Shown piece by piece: positions 21,154-32,207 of a DNA stretch of 55,609 nt. Within the stretch, counting starts at the first letter, position 1. Every line of letters begins with the position of its first letter. The position numbers were made by a program, and so were the translations under genes. The notes below the pieces were generated by a model that was given only the letters and a program-made list of their open reading frames with translations, ran no database searches and was not told the origin of the DNA. The stretch comes from Arenicellales bacterium. Its GTDB lineage: Bacteria; Pseudomonadota; Gammaproteobacteria; Arenicellales; UBA868. The DNA lies in assembly GCA_965660775.1 (NCBI GenBank), contig CBFIBN010000001.1, forward strand, positions 1-55,609. The letters run 5' to 3'.

Positions 21154-23814
21154 ATGAATAATTCTTTTAATGCCAGGACTTCGCTGGATGTTAACGGCCG
21201 GCGTTACCAGATTTTCGCCCTGGATGCTTTGTCCGATCAATTCGACCTGGCGCGGCTGCCCGTGACTTTAAAGATCCTCTTGGAAAACTTGCTTCGTACA
21301 GAGGATGGCATTGATGTCGTTGCTGGCGATATCGAGGCTTTAGCCGGTTGGAGTCCGGGTTCGACGAGTGAGACTGAGATAGCCTTCGCCCCGGCTCGGG
21401 TTTTGATGCAGGATCTTACAGGGGTGCCTGCGGTTGTGGATCTAGCCGCCATGCGCGAAGCTATTGCAGCGCTGGATGGAGATCCCGGACTTATAAATCC
21501 TTTGTCGCCAGCCGATCTGGTGATCGACCACTCGGTCATGGTTGATCATTTCGGTACAGCCAGCGCACTGCAGGATAATGCCGATCTCGAATACTCCCGT
21601 AATTCGGAGCGCTACGCATTCCTGCGCTGGGGCCAAGCGACTTTCAGCAATTTTCGTGTGGTTCCTCCGGCTACCGGTATTGTTCATCAGGTAAACATTG
21701 AGTACCTCTCCAGTGTGGTCTTTAGTCGTGACTCGGGCGGGGAACTACTGGCCTATCCTGATACGGTGGTCGGGACTGATTCACACACGACCATGGTTAA
21801 TGCCCTGGGGGTGCTCGGTTGGGGTGCAGGTGGAATCGAGGCGGAGGCCGCAATGCTCGGCCAAGCAGTGACCATGCTGATTCCTGACGTCGTTGGATTG
21901 GAATTGCACGGCACCCTTCCCGAGGGCGCCACAGCCACGGATCTGGTCCTTAGCGTAGTCGAAATTCTGCGCCGGCACGGCGTGGTTGGGAAATTTGTTG
22001 AATTCTATGGCGATGGATTGGACCACCTTTCGCTAGCGGACAAGGCTACCATCGCTAATATGGCGCCCGAGTACGGGGCTACCTGTGGATTTTTCCCCGT
22101 TGATCAGGAAACGCTCAATTATCTGCGTTTGACCGGGCGATCCGAAGAGGATATCGCACTGGTAGAGGCGTACACACGACGTCAGGGATTGTTTCGGGAA
22201 CCCGGGGCGGTGCCGGCGCATTACAGTGAGACCACCCATCTTGATCTTGGCAGCGTCGTGGCCAGTATTGCCGGGCCAAAGCGGCCACAGGACCGCATCG
22301 CCCTGACTGAAGCCCAGCAGGTGATCAATGACGCTGCAACCAAACTCCGCGGTAACAGCGAACGTCGGACCGGCAAGATAACACTTGATGGCGAGACAAT
22401 GGAATTTCCGGATCTTGGAGTCGCCATTGCCGCGATCACGAGCTGCACTAATACCTCAAACCCGGATGTGGTCATGGCGGCTGGCTTGCTGGCCCGCAAC
22501 GCGCGACAACGCGGCCTTACTGTCAAGCCCTGGGTCAAGACCTCCCTGGCGCCGGGTTCCAAGGTGGTGACGGATTATCTGAGTGACGCCGGCCTGCTCG
22601 ACGATTTGGAAAATATCGGCTTTGCGGTAGTTGGTTACGGCTGTACCACGTGCATTGGCAACTCCGGCCCCTTGCCCGCGCCCGTGAGTGAAGTGATCCG
22701 GGAACGCGACCTCATCGCCTGTTCGGTTCTCTCAGGTAATCGAAACTTCGAGGGCAGGGTGCATGCCGAGGTACGCATGAATTTCCTGGCCTCGCCGCCC
22801 CTGGTGGTAGCCTACGCGCTGGCTGGCACAACCGATATCGATCTTGTGAATGATCCTATAGGAGTGGATGGCCAGGGTAGCCCGGTAACTTTGGCTGACT
22901 TGTGGCCTCAACAACTCGAAATTAACCAGGCCGTTGCCACACATGTGACACGGGAAATGTTCCGCTCCCGCTATTCAGATGTTTTCCGCGGAGACAGTCA
23001 GTGGGGCAAGGTCCCAGTGAGCGCTGGCAATCGCTTTGCCTGGGATGAGCATTCCACCTACGTTCGCCGCCCCCCGTACTTCGATCAGATGGAGCGCACA
23101 CCTGGTCAGCTAAAGGCAGTCACCGGCGCCAGAGTCTTAGCGTTACTTGGCGATAGCATCACTACCGATCATATCTCTCCAGCGGGGGCCATTCAGGCCG
23201 ACAGCCCAGCTGGGCAATATTTGCAGGAGCAAGGGGTGAAGCGAGCTGATTTCAATTCTTATGGGTCGCGCCGGGGTAATCACGAGGTGATGGTGCGTGG
23301 AACCTTTGCCAATATCCGGCTACGGAACGCTATGGCGCCCGGTACTGAAGGCGGCTGGACTACCTTCCAACCTGATGGCGAGCAGATGACGATCTATGAC
23401 GCAGCCATGTCTTACGCGGCAAAGGGTACAGCGTTGTTGGTTGTTGGCGGCAAGGAGTATGGCACGGGATCCTCGCGAGACTGGGCAGCCAAGGGCGCTT
23501 CTTTGCTGGGCGTCAAGGCCGTTTTGGTCGAAAGCTTTGAGCGTATCCACCGCTCCAATCTAATAGGCATGGGTGTATTGCCGCTAGAGTTTGCGGATGG
23601 CGAGAGCGCTCAGAGCCTGGAAATTTCGGGCACTGAAGTGTTTGATCTGGCCCAGCCGATCGTCGGCGCGACCGAGCTTGAGGTTCGTATGACCCGAGCC
23701 GATGGCACCATCGAATCCTTTATGACGAAGGTCCGTATCGATACTCCTAAGGAGTGGGATTACTATTGCAACGGCGGCATTCTGCCTTACATGGTGCGCC
23801 AGTTGCTTGATTGA
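21154..23814 (+). CDS. acnA: Aconitate hydratase A
   Basis: [39 protein letters not shown] and [10 protein letters not shown]; AAGGAG RBS. Confidence 0.97.
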   Translation: MNNSFNARTSLDVNGRRYQIFALDALSDQFDLARLPVTLKILLENLLRTEDGIDVVAGDIEALAGWSPGSTSETEIAFAPARVLMQDLTGVPAVVDLAAMREAIAALDGDPGLINPLSPADLVIDHSVMVDHFGTASALQDNADLEYSRNSERYAFLRWGQATFSNFRVVPPATGIVHQVNIEYLSSVVFSRDSGGELLAYPDTVVGTDSHTTMVNALGVLGWGAGGIEAEAAMLGQAVTMLIPDVVGLELHGTLPEGATATDLVLSVVEILRRHGVVGKFVEFYGDGLDHLSLADKATIANMAPEYGATCGFFPVDQETLNYLRLTGRSEEDIALVEAYTRRQGLFREPGAVPAHYSETTHLDLGSVVASIAGPKRPQDRIALTEAQQVINDAATKLRGNSERRTGKITLDGETMEFPDLGVAIAAITSCTNTSNPDVVMAAGLLARNARQRGLTVKPWVKTSLAPGSKVVTDYLSDAGLLDDLENIGFAVVGYGCTTCIGNSGPLPAPVSEVIRERDLIACSVLSGNRNFEGRVHAEVRMNFLASPPLVVAYALAGTTDIDLVNDPIGVDGQGSPVTLADLWPQQLEINQAVATHVTREMFRSRYSDVFRGDSQWGKVPVSAGNRFAWDEHSTYVRRPPYFDQMERTPGQLKAVTGARVLALLGDSITTDHISPAGAIQADSPAGQYLQEQGVKRADFNSYGSRRGNHEVMVRGTFANIRLRNAMAPGTEGGWTTFQPDGEQMTIYDAAMSYAAKGTALLVVGGKEYGTGSSRDWAAKGASLLGVKAVLVESFERIHRSNLIGMGVLPLEFADGESAQSLEISGTEVFDLAQPIVGATELEVRMTRADGTIESFMTKVRIDTPKEWDYYCNGGILPYMVRQLLD

Positions 23815-23840
23815 TCAGAAGATTTTGCCAAGGCCCGACT

Positions 23841-24731
23841 TCAGCGTCCGGGCGTGCGTTTGCGAACGATAGTGATGGCACACAGCACTAGCGCCAAAGC
23901 GGTCAGCAGCCGCCACGAAGCAGTTTCACCTAAAAAAATCACACCCCACAGCGCGCCAAGAACCGGTATCAGGTAGTTGATCTGGGCGAAGTTGTTTGCC
24001 CCGAGGCGAGGGACCAGGTAAAAGAACAGTAGTGCTGCGAGGGCTGTAGGCAAAAGACCGAGGTACGCGATCGCGGCCAGTCCGCCAATGCCTGGATGCA
24101 TCTGCCAGGGCTGCTCGAGAATTAACGTGGCCGGTAACATCCATAGCAAACCGGCCAGCATGGCTCCCGTCGCCATCACTTTGCCGCTACCGTGTCCAGC
24201 ATAGTAACGGGCAAAGGTGGCGGATGCGCCATAGCAGATGGCACTCGTGATCACCGCCAGTTGGGCTAGGATCGGCGCGGTCAACCCGGCCCGCGCCTCG
24301 GCCCCGATCAGGATCAGAAGACCGCCAAAGCCAATCGAGATTCCGATCGCGGTTTGGGTAGTAAATGGCTCGTCTCGGATAAACAGGTGAGCCAGAACTG
24401 CCGTAGCCACCGGCATGACACCCATCAGCACGGCAGTCAGGCCACTGTCAATATGAATTTCACCCCAGCTGATCAGAGTGAACGGTAATGCGTTTCCAAA
24501 AAGCCCAATGAATGCGAAGATCTTTAACGAAGTCGCATCTCGCGGCAGTCGCTCATCGTTGATTCTCAGCCATAGGTATAGAACACCTGCAGCAATGCCC
24601 AGTCGAGCCGCGGTCAGGGTCAATGGCCCAACCGTGTCGACCCCGATCTTGATGAAAACAAAAGATCCGCTCCACATCATGGCAAGCCCTAGTAAAAGAG
24701 CGTAGTCTTTAGGTGCACGAGAAAGATTCAT
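23841..24731 (-). CDS. DMT/EamA family transporter
   Basis: About 10 hydrophobic helices in two EamA-like repeats. Confidence 0.85.
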   Translation of the reverse strand: MNLSRAPKDYALLLGLAMMWSGSFVFIKIGVDTVGPLTLTAARLGIAAGVLYLWLRINDERLPRDATSLKIFAFIGLFGNALPFTLISWGEIHIDSGLTAVLMGVMPVATAVLAHLFIRDEPFTTQTAIGISIGFGGLLILIGAEARAGLTAPILAQLAVITSAICYGASATFARYYAGHGSGKVMATGAMLAGLLWMLPATLILEQPWQMHPGIGGLAAIAYLGLLPTALAALLFFYLVPRLGANNFAQINYLIPVLGALWGVIFLGETASWRLLTALALVLCAITIVRKRTPGR

Positions 24732-24815
24732 TTACTCAGCTTAGATTGGGGATCGGGCTCAACCGGCGGTGCGAGCATAACCCAGGCCGGGCGATTGGTA
24801 TAACAGGAGAAAAAG

Positions 24816-25631
24816 TTGGATAACCGCATTAGTCAGTCAGGCTCTTTACCGCTGCTCGCAGAGGATGAGGCTCCGCCGTTTGAGATTGGTAATGCCGGAG
24901 GGTGCGCCGCGGTGGTACTGGTGTGCGATCACGCCCGTAACGTAATTCCACGGGCGCTGGCTGATCTGGGGTTGGATGCAGATCTGCGGGCCAGGCACAT
25001 TGCATTGGATATCGGTTGCGAGATGTTGGCTCGCCGCCTCGCCCATCTGCTTGACGCTGTGCTGGTGCTGGCACGGTTTTCACGACTGGTGATCGATCTC
25101 AATCGACCTCTTGATGATCCAACTTCTATTGTGCGCTGTAGTGATGGCTTTATCATACCGGGCAATCAGAATGTTTCGACCGAGCAGCGCCTGTCCCGCG
25201 AGAAGGAGATCTTTATCCCTTACCACAAAGCGGTTGCGGCCCAAATTCAATGTGGACATGCCAAGCATGGCGTACCAGCATTGATCGCGGTACATAGTTT
25301 CACCCCAGCGATGGCGGGCAAACTCAGGCCCTGGCAGATTGGAATACTATGGAACGATGATCAGCGCATGAGTCTGCCGTTACTGGATAGCCTTCGAGGC
25401 GATCCCGATTTGTGCGTTGGAGACAACCAGCCCTACGATGCTCGGGAGCATGTGGGCTATACGATTGAGACCCATGGCGGGGTAAATGGTTTCCCGCATG
25501 TTCTGATCGAGGTGCGTCAGGACCTGATTGCAACTGAGGAGGGAGCCATGGTCTGGGCGGATCGGTTGGCGGGGCACCTGGGACCGATTCTCGCCAACGG
25601 TGACTTGTACCAAAAGCGAGTCAGTGACTAA
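24816..25631 (+). CDS. N-formylglutamate amidohydrolase family protein
   Basis: CDHA, HIALDIG, SRLVIDLNR, HSFTP, NQPY and IEVRQDLI. Confidence 0.88.
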   Translation: MDNRISQSGSLPLLAEDEAPPFEIGNAGGCAAVVLVCDHARNVIPRALADLGLDADLRARHIALDIGCEMLARRLAHLLDAVLVLARFSRLVIDLNRPLDDPTSIVRCSDGFIIPGNQNVSTEQRLSREKEIFIPYHKAVAAQIQCGHAKHGVPALIAVHSFTPAMAGKLRPWQIGILWNDDQRMSLPLLDSLRGDPDLCVGDNQPYDAREHVGYTIETHGGVNGFPHVLIEVRQDLIATEEGAMVWADRLAGHLGPILANGDLYQKRVSD

Positions 25632-25824
25632 AGCAAGCGCTGAATCGACCCGTCGGAAATAAACAAAAGGTGTCCGATGGTAGAGCGGGCGGCACGAACG
25701 CTCGATTCGAGCTATAGCAACCGAACTGACAGTCGTGCTTTTGTACCAAGTTCAGGTCGCCGGTAATCCCTAAGGATGCGTACCTCGATAGAAGTCGTCG
25801 TGATTGACTGGTTAATCAGGCTGG

Positions 25825-26751
25825 CTACGCGGACTCGGATTTAAGTCCGACTCGCTGGCAATCGATCTCGAAGGCATCCAGGGCATCGAGGTACTCGCGT
25901 TTGCTCTTGGGCATGGGTACCCTGACGCCGGCCATGTAGGAAATGAGATCAGTGCCGTCACTGAGTAGTCCACAACCCCGGTGCAGTTGGACTTGGGCGA
26001 GAGCGCCCAGGCCTGCAGTGGGCGTCGGCTGGAACGCCTTGATCTGCTCCTTGAGGGTCACAAACTCGGGCCAGTTGCTGAAGAAATCCGGGTCGCTCTT
26101 CATCATCTCGCACTCGACCCGACCGGCACGTGCAAACTGCAGGATTGTTGCGTCGATGCCATGAAAACTCGACATCTCCCCAAAACCCTTAACAATGCGT
26201 TCGGTGATTTCGTCAATTGCCTTCATTGTCTGCGAGATCTTGACGTATCGGCTTTCATAGTAACTGGCAATTGAGTGGGTAAATACTTTGAAAGGCTCCC
26301 CCCATAACTCGTCTATGCCTTCGTGCCCACTCGGATGGCGAACCTGTTTGCCCAGTTCAAGCGCCTCCTCGAAACAAGCGCTGCACTCGCGCATCAGTTC
26401 ATTATCCCTACTGACTTCGATGCCCTTGCTTTCGAGGCCGACAACGCTGGTAAAAATATCTGTTGCGCGGTTGAATAGAGCGCCGGCAAGCATGGCGGCA
26501 TTGACACGTTTACACGCCGGGTTTTGTTCTGTCTCATAACTGGAGCGTGCTGTTTCTACTTTATTTCCGGGAGTATTAATTCCGGGCTCAGTGTGATGGA
26601 AGGTCCGGCGTGTCAGCATCAACAGCAGGTCACGCTTGGCTGAAAGTGTTTCCGCCGGAGGGGCGTAGTAACGGATCCAGTAGCCATCGTAATAGATATG
26701 CGGCCGGCTGTTGATATCCTTTCGTGAACCGTTATGGATACTGGTATTCAT
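25825..26751 (-). CDS. Hypothetical protein (308 aa, helical-looking)
   Basis: Long ORF starting 12 bp after the hydantoinase-like gene, with protein-like composition; no family recognised. Confidence 0.75.
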   Translation of the reverse strand: MNTSIHNGSRKDINSRPHIYYDGYWIRYYAPPAETLSAKRDLLLMLTRRTFHHTEPGINTPGNKVETARSSYETEQNPACKRVNAAMLAGALFNRATDIFTSVVGLESKGIEVSRDNELMRECSACFEEALELGKQVRHPSGHEGIDELWGEPFKVFTHSIASYYESRYVKISQTMKAIDEITERIVKGFGEMSSFHGIDATILQFARAGRVECEMMKSDPDFFSNWPEFVTLKEQIKAFQPTPTAGLGALAQVQLHRGCGLLSDGTDLISYMAGVRVPMPKSKREYLDALDAFEIDCQRVGLKSESA

Positions 26752-26763
26752 GAGTGATGCGGT

Positions 26764-28881
26764 CTAATCTGTTTGGCCCGTCAGATCCGCGCCGGATTGT
26801 ACGCCTGTCGCCCTTTGAGGCAAAGGTCGTTCAGTTGGACCCATGGCGGGGCGGCCACTGGCAATCGCGGTGACCCGTCCTTCAAAAAAGACGGTGGCTG
26901 GTGAATCCGGATCATCAACAACGTCCTGATCGCGGGATACGGTGATTTGGATCTCCTTTGCCCCCGCCATAAGGGCTTTCTTCCGGGCCAGTTGGATTGC
27001 CTGGTTTTCGGCATCCAACAAGGCATCATCTAGATGACTATGATCTACCGGCCCCTTTAGGCCGAACACCCGGAAGATTCCCTGTGCAGGCTGGGTCACC
27101 GTGACCTGCCCACGCTGGGCAATACTACCGGCGACCGCGCCAATGGCATTGGCAACCTCTGCATGCTCAGGCAGGGCTAGCGTGATATTGAGGCGCTGGG
27201 CCGCCTCGGGGTAGTAGATCGGCGCGGGAGCGCCTACGGCCACCAGGGTGCGCCCGCGGTCCAATTGCAACGAGAACAGATCGCCGTCAATGCGGCTCAT
27301 TCCATTGATCCACTCGCTGAAAAGTCGAGCGGTACGTTCTCGTTCCAAACTGTTGCGTTGATCCGGGTCGGTTGCCAGGCAGGCTGACACGAGGGTTTGA
27401 CAGATTACGCTAATGACATAGTCCTGCACCGCCTGACTTGGGCCTACCGGGTCGCGTTCCTTGAATTGACCCCAGCCGTAGACCTCGCGCATTTGTCGTG
27501 CCCAAATGATTGCGCCGAGCTGGGCAGCCGGAGTAGACCAGTGACTCATTTTTCCGAGCGCATGAGCCGCATCTGTCGGGGTGAACCCACTGTATATGGC
27601 GACACCCTCACGCACCAACCGGGCAACCGCTCGCATCAACTCACGGTCGCTCTCGGCAGCGGCCTCCAGATCCAGCGGGCCATCGGCGAGTCGCTCCCAG
27701 GCCTGAGCCTCGGCTTTTGAGAATTTTCTTTTCTGACTGGTTTCAGCAAACAGCTGAACTACATAGCGGTTGCTCCGGGCACTGGTAGAGGAATGGCTCC
27801 GGCGCTCCATCGATTCGAGTAGATGAGGAAACCGGTGTGCCAGTAGGCTCATAGGGATAACGCGACGTGGCCCGATCGCCAGCCCAACCCCACCTTGAAA
27901 GCGGACCTCACTGTCCCCGCCCAGGCCTACGGAGAAAACCCGTACCGCATCGACCATAGGTCGCCAGTCACCAATAACCGTTGCTTTAGAGCTTACCACT
28001 GGCTCGCCGTTGGTGATGATCGCGATATCGGTAGTGGTGCCGCCCATATCCGCGATAATCGCGTTGTCTTGTTTATACAGTAAAGCGGCACCCATGACGC
28101 TCGCCGCTGGCCCGGACAAGATGGTTTCTACTGGGCGGGCCAGGGCAAGCTCAACACTGATTAGCGAACCATCTCCTTTAACCATCATCAGCGGGGCAGT
28201 AATCTGGTTTTCCCTCAAGATGACCTGTACCGCGCGGATCAGCTCATCGATATAAGGAATCAACGAGGCGTTAAAGGCGACTGTCAGAGCCCGCCGCGGC
28301 GCATCCAGTTGTGAGGCCAGTTCGTGCCCGCAGGTGACCGGTTTATCGGTCAGTGAATGGACCAGATCGCGTAGGCGCAACTCGTGTTCGGTATTGCGAA
28401 CCCCAAAGAGCCCTGAAATCCCGAAAGCAGCAACCTCATCGCATTGAGACTCGATGGCCTGATGCGCCTTTTTTATATCCAGCGGTTCGCGCTCGACACC
28501 ACCGGCATCGTGACCGCCACCGATCAGCACACACTGCCCCCCACGGACAATTTTATCCAGCTGCGCCTGATCCACCTGCTGAGCGCTGTAGCCTGCCAGC
28601 AGCAGGCACACGGGCGTGCCACGACCTTCGACTACCGCGTTGGTCGCGAGCGTGGTTGATAGAGAAACCAGAGAACTCCGGGCTAGCAACTCGAAGGGAA
28701 GTTGCTTTAATGCCTCACCAATACCCACCGTCAGTTGATGATGAGTTGTCAGCGCCTTGGCGGTACTGATCACCGACCCGGCGCGATCGAGTAGTACCGC
28801 GTCGGTATAAGTGCCGCCCGTATCAATACCTAGCCGCAAGGGTTCTTCATAGTCCCCCGACTCAGCGTTTGAGGTGATCAC
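26764..28881 (-). CDS. Hydantoinase/oxoprolinase A-type (ATP-dependent, actin-like fold) protein
   Basis: GIDTGGTYTD, STTLATNA, SGPAAS, DMGGTTTD and ANAIGA. Confidence 0.9.
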   Translation of the reverse strand: MITSNAESGDYEEPLRLGIDTGGTYTDAVLLDRAGSVISTAKALTTHHQLTVGIGEALKQLPFELLARSSLVSLSTTLATNAVVEGRGTPVCLLLAGYSAQQVDQAQLDKIVRGGQCVLIGGGHDAGGVEREPLDIKKAHQAIESQCDEVAAFGISGLFGVRNTEHELRLRDLVHSLTDKPVTCGHELASQLDAPRRALTVAFNASLIPYIDELIRAVQVILRENQITAPLMMVKGDGSLISVELALARPVETILSGPAASVMGAALLYKQDNAIIADMGGTTTDIAIITNGEPVVSSKATVIGDWRPMVDAVRVFSVGLGGDSEVRFQGGVGLAIGPRRVIPMSLLAHRFPHLLESMERRSHSSTSARSNRYVVQLFAETSQKRKFSKAEAQAWERLADGPLDLEAAAESDRELMRAVARLVREGVAIYSGFTPTDAAHALGKMSHWSTPAAQLGAIIWARQMREVYGWGQFKERDPVGPSQAVQDYVISVICQTLVSACLATDPDQRNSLERERTARLFSEWINGMSRIDGDLFSLQLDRGRTLVAVGAPAPIYYPEAAQRLNITLALPEHAEVANAIGAVAGSIAQRGQVTVTQPAQGIFRVFGLKGPVDHSHLDDALLDAENQAIQLARKKALMAGAKEIQITVSRDQDVVDDPDSPATVFFEGRVTAIASGRPAMGPTERPLPQRATGVQSGADLTGQTD

Positions 28882-28908
28882 CAGCTTGGTTGCCTGCCGC
28901 CGGAAAAT

Positions 28909-29763
28909 TTAACGACTGTAGTCATGGAAGCCACGCCCGGTCTTGCGTCCCAGGTACCCGGCATCGACTTTCTGCTTCAGTAAAGGGCACGGCCGGAATT
29001 TGGAGTCACCAAATTCCTGGTGCAACACATCCATAACCCAAAGGCAAACATCCAAACCGATCATATCAGCGAGAGCCAGCGGGCCCATAGGATGGGCCGC
29101 TCCGAGTTTCATGGCTGCATCGATATCTTCCGCATTGGCGAGCCCCTCGTAGAGAATAAAAGCGGCTTCGTTAATCATTGGAACCAGCATCCGATTGACG
29201 ACAAAGCCCGGACTATCCTTAACGCTGACCGGGGTTTTTCCCAGGTCTCGGGCCAGCAGTTCAACTGCTGTGTAGGTCTCATCTGAGGTCTGCAAAGCCC
29301 GAATTACTTCGACCAGCGCCATCAGTGGCACCGGGTTGAAAAAATGCATGCCGATGACACGGTCAGGGCGACCACTGGCAGCCGCGATCCGGGTTAACGA
29401 CAGTGACGAGGTATTCGAAGCCAGGATGGCGCTCTCTTGGCAGATTGCGTGGAGTTTTGAAAAAATCGGCAATTTGACATCCATATTTTCACTGGCTGCC
29501 TCGACCACCAGATCACACTCCGCCAGGGCTTCAATATCAGTGGTAGTCTGGATTCTGCCCAGCGCCTGGACACTTGCCTCCTGGGTGATTTTGTCTTTTT
29601 TTACCAACCGCTCCAGGCTGACACCCAGGGCATGCAGGCCTTTTTGCGCCACACTGTCAGAGACATCCTGCATGATGACGTTATAGCCCCGGATCGCGCA
29701 GATTTGGGCAATACCATTACCCATCGTGCCGGCACCAATCACACCGATATTCTTAAGACTCAT
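28909..29763 (-). CDS. hbd: 3-hydroxybutyryl-CoA dehydrogenase
   Basis: [32 protein letters not shown] and HPMGPL. ATG at 29763. Confidence 0.9.
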   Translation of the reverse strand: MSLKNIGVIGAGTMGNGIAQICAIRGYNVIMQDVSDSVAQKGLHALGVSLERLVKKDKITQEASVQALGRIQTTTDIEALAECDLVVEAASENMDVKLPIFSKLHAICQESAILASNTSSLSLTRIAAASGRPDRVIGMHFFNPVPLMALVEVIRALQTSDETYTAVELLARDLGKTPVSVKDSPGFVVNRMLVPMINEAAFILYEGLANAEDIDAAMKLGAAHPMGPLALADMIGLDVCLWVMDVLHQEFGDSKFRPCPLLKQKVDAGYLGRKTGRGFHDYSR

Positions 29764-29906
29764 GTTTGTTGATAAGGTCCTGTGGCCAGTCAAGTTACTT
29801 TGAGGGTCGCCAAGGCTACCGCAAACCATAGCTAACGCCAAACCTGGTCCTGGCCGAGGTCGCCAGGATTTCACAATCAGGCGCATTGGGAATAGACTGC
29901 TCCCCT

Positions 29907-31046
29907 ATGGACAGTATCGCCATGATTAAAAAGCTCGTCGGCTTTGACACGGTCTCTCGTGACAGCAACCTACCGTTAATCGACTTTGTTCAGAATATTC
30001 TCTACGATCAGGGGATTGACTCACGCCGAGTACCCAGTGCCGATGGGCAAAAGTCCAACCTGATTGCTACCGTTGGCCCACAGGAAGCTGGCGGTGTTGT
30101 TCTTTCCGGCCATACCGATGTCGTTCCAGTCGATGGGCAGGATTGGGACAGCGACCCTTTTGCCCTGGTGCGCTCGGGCAGCCGCTGGTATGGCCGGGGC
30201 AGTTGCGACATGAAAGGGTTTATTGGCATCGCGTTGGCCCTGGTACCCAAGATGGCGAATCTGCGCCGACCCATCCACTTTGCGTTGTCGTACGACGAGG
30301 AGGTCGGATGTTTGGGTGCGCCAGATATGATAGAGGTGATTCGCCGCGAATTGCCCGAGCCCCAAGGTGTCATTGTTGGCGAGCCAACGACTATGGGTGC
30401 GGTCATTGGACATAAGGGTATCGTCGGACTGCGTACGGTCGTACGCGGCTACGAAGCGCATTCCAGTCAGACTCACCGCGGCGTCAGCGCTGTGATGACG
30501 GCAGCTCGATTGGTAAGTCACCTGGAATCAGTGGCCCAGGATCTGGCTATAAAAACACCCAGCGATAATGGGTTTGAACCCCATTGCACGTCGGTGCATG
30601 TAGGGGTTATTCATGGTGGTACGGCGCTTAATATTATCTCCGGCGAATGCGAATTCATCTGGGACATCCGGAATATTCCAGGGGATGACCCGCAATGGTT
30701 AATCGATGCTTTTGAGGAGTTCTGTCGAGACGAGGTCTTGCCGGGGATGCGTGCGCGGCATGAGCGTTGCGCTATTGACACCCAGGTGTTGGCAAGGTGT
30801 CCAGCCTTTGATGGATCAGCATCACCCATACTCAGTCTAGTGCAGTCGCTGACCGGCAGTGATGATACAGCCCGGGTAGCCTATGCCGCAGAAGCCGGGC
30901 AATACCAAGGGGCTGGATTCCCCACGGTTTTGTGTGGCCCCGGTTCGATTGACCAGGCACACCAACCCAATGAGTTTATTGAGATGGACGAGGTTGAATC
31001 AGGCGAGCGCTTCCTGAGCGACTTGATCACCGAGTTGTCTCGTTAA
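29907..31046 (+). CDS. argE: Acetylornithine deacetylase (M20 family)
   Basis: SGHTDVVP, GRGSCDMKG, YDEEVGC, GEPT and GPGSIDQAHQPNE. Confidence 0.88.
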   Translation: MDSIAMIKKLVGFDTVSRDSNLPLIDFVQNILYDQGIDSRRVPSADGQKSNLIATVGPQEAGGVVLSGHTDVVPVDGQDWDSDPFALVRSGSRWYGRGSCDMKGFIGIALALVPKMANLRRPIHFALSYDEEVGCLGAPDMIEVIRRELPEPQGVIVGEPTTMGAVIGHKGIVGLRTVVRGYEAHSSQTHRGVSAVMTAARLVSHLESVAQDLAIKTPSDNGFEPHCTSVHVGVIHGGTALNIISGECEFIWDIRNIPGDDPQWLIDAFEEFCRDEVLPGMRARHERCAIDTQVLARCPAFDGSASPILSLVQSLTGSDDTARVAYAAEAGQYQGAGFPTVLCGPGSIDQAHQPNEFIEMDEVESGERFLSDLITELSR

Positions 31047-31063
31047 TCTTTGGTCGAGCCGAC

Positions 31064-32164
31064 TTAGAACAGGGCGCTGATTAGGCTCGCGCACTCGGTT
31101 GCTCCACTACCAACATCCTGGCGGTCAAGGCGCTCCATGGCCAGCAACTGAGGGAGTCGGTCCAGCCATTGGCCGCCAACATACTCGGCGGCTTCGAAGC
31201 CGAGACCTGTCACCTGGTCGTGCAGGAAAGTGACCAGGGGCGCCATTTCCGGGTAGTCCTCGCGCACGATGTAGCCAAAGGGGACCCCGGCTTCGAAAAC
31301 TTCGGCGATGGTGCTGTATCCGACCTTGCCGATAACGATGTCAGCGGCATGAATCAGGTCTGGATGGTAGATCGTACTTTGAGCTGGCAAAAAGGTGACA
31401 TTCCCGTGAGTTTGAACACTCGTACCAATACCTGCAATCACAAAATCGACCTTTGAGAAATTTGAGCCTAGGCGTTGACGGAAAGGAAAGTCCTGTGGTG
31501 TGCCGCCCATGCTGACGAAGACCAGCTTCCGGCCCCGTTCCAGTCCAAGCTTGCCGCGGGTGGTGGCGCGGTCCTGGCGTTGTCGACGGGCGACCGGGGG
31601 GGTCGTTTGAGCATGGGAAACCGGAACGCAGACGGGAGTGGTTTGAATACGCAAGTCGACGTGGGTGAATAGCGGTTCCAGCCATTCGCTGTAGTAGCGA
31701 AGGCTTGGCGCGCGCTGGGCGAGTCCGGCGTAGATCCAGTCCCAGGTGAAATTCTCTACCAGCACCGAGGGGATGCCAGCGACTTTTGCCGCAGCAAGCC
31801 CGAGTGGGGCAATATCACTGATCACAAGTCGACACTTTAGTGTCTGAAATGTTGTCGCAAGTGCCTTGACCTCTTCAGGATCTAACGGCAGACGTTTGCT
31901 AAGCTCGATGACCGTTGCGCCAACATCCGCATTCAGGGAGTCGGTCTGTACCAGGCCGAGATCGCAGTCCGTTCTGTGGTAATTGAAGTTTCCAATACTT
32001 TGGGAGAAGTACCAACGAGGGACGCGAGTGAATAACTCAACCACCAAACTAGGATCCCGATCGCGCATCGCTTCGATGACTGCGCTTGCCCGGGACGCGT
32101 GGCCAAAACCGTGCGATGAAATGACAAAAGCAACGCTTCGAGTTCGACTACCAATGTTGGCCAT
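31064..32164 (-). CDS. GT-B fold glycosyltransferase-like protein
   Basis: HGFGHASR, SDIAP, NFTWDWIY and HPDLIHAADIVIGKVGYSTIAE. Confidence 0.7.
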   Translation of the reverse strand: MANIGSRTRSVAFVISSHGFGHASRASAVIEAMRDRDPSLVVELFTRVPRWYFSQSIGNFNYHRTDCDLGLVQTDSLNADVGATVIELSKRLPLDPEEVKALATTFQTLKCRLVISDIAPLGLAAAKVAGIPSVLVENFTWDWIYAGLAQRAPSLRYYSEWLEPLFTHVDLRIQTTPVCVPVSHAQTTPPVARRQRQDRATTRGKLGLERGRKLVFVSMGGTPQDFPFRQRLGSNFSKVDFVIAGIGTSVQTHGNVTFLPAQSTIYHPDLIHAADIVIGKVGYSTIAEVFEAGVPFGYIVREDYPEMAPLVTFLHDQVTGLGFEAAEYVGGQWLDRLPQLLAMERLDRQDVGSGATECASLISALF

Positions 32165-32207
32165 GATGTTGTGCTGTCAGGGTTTGAAAACCAACTGGCC
32201 GTAGGTG

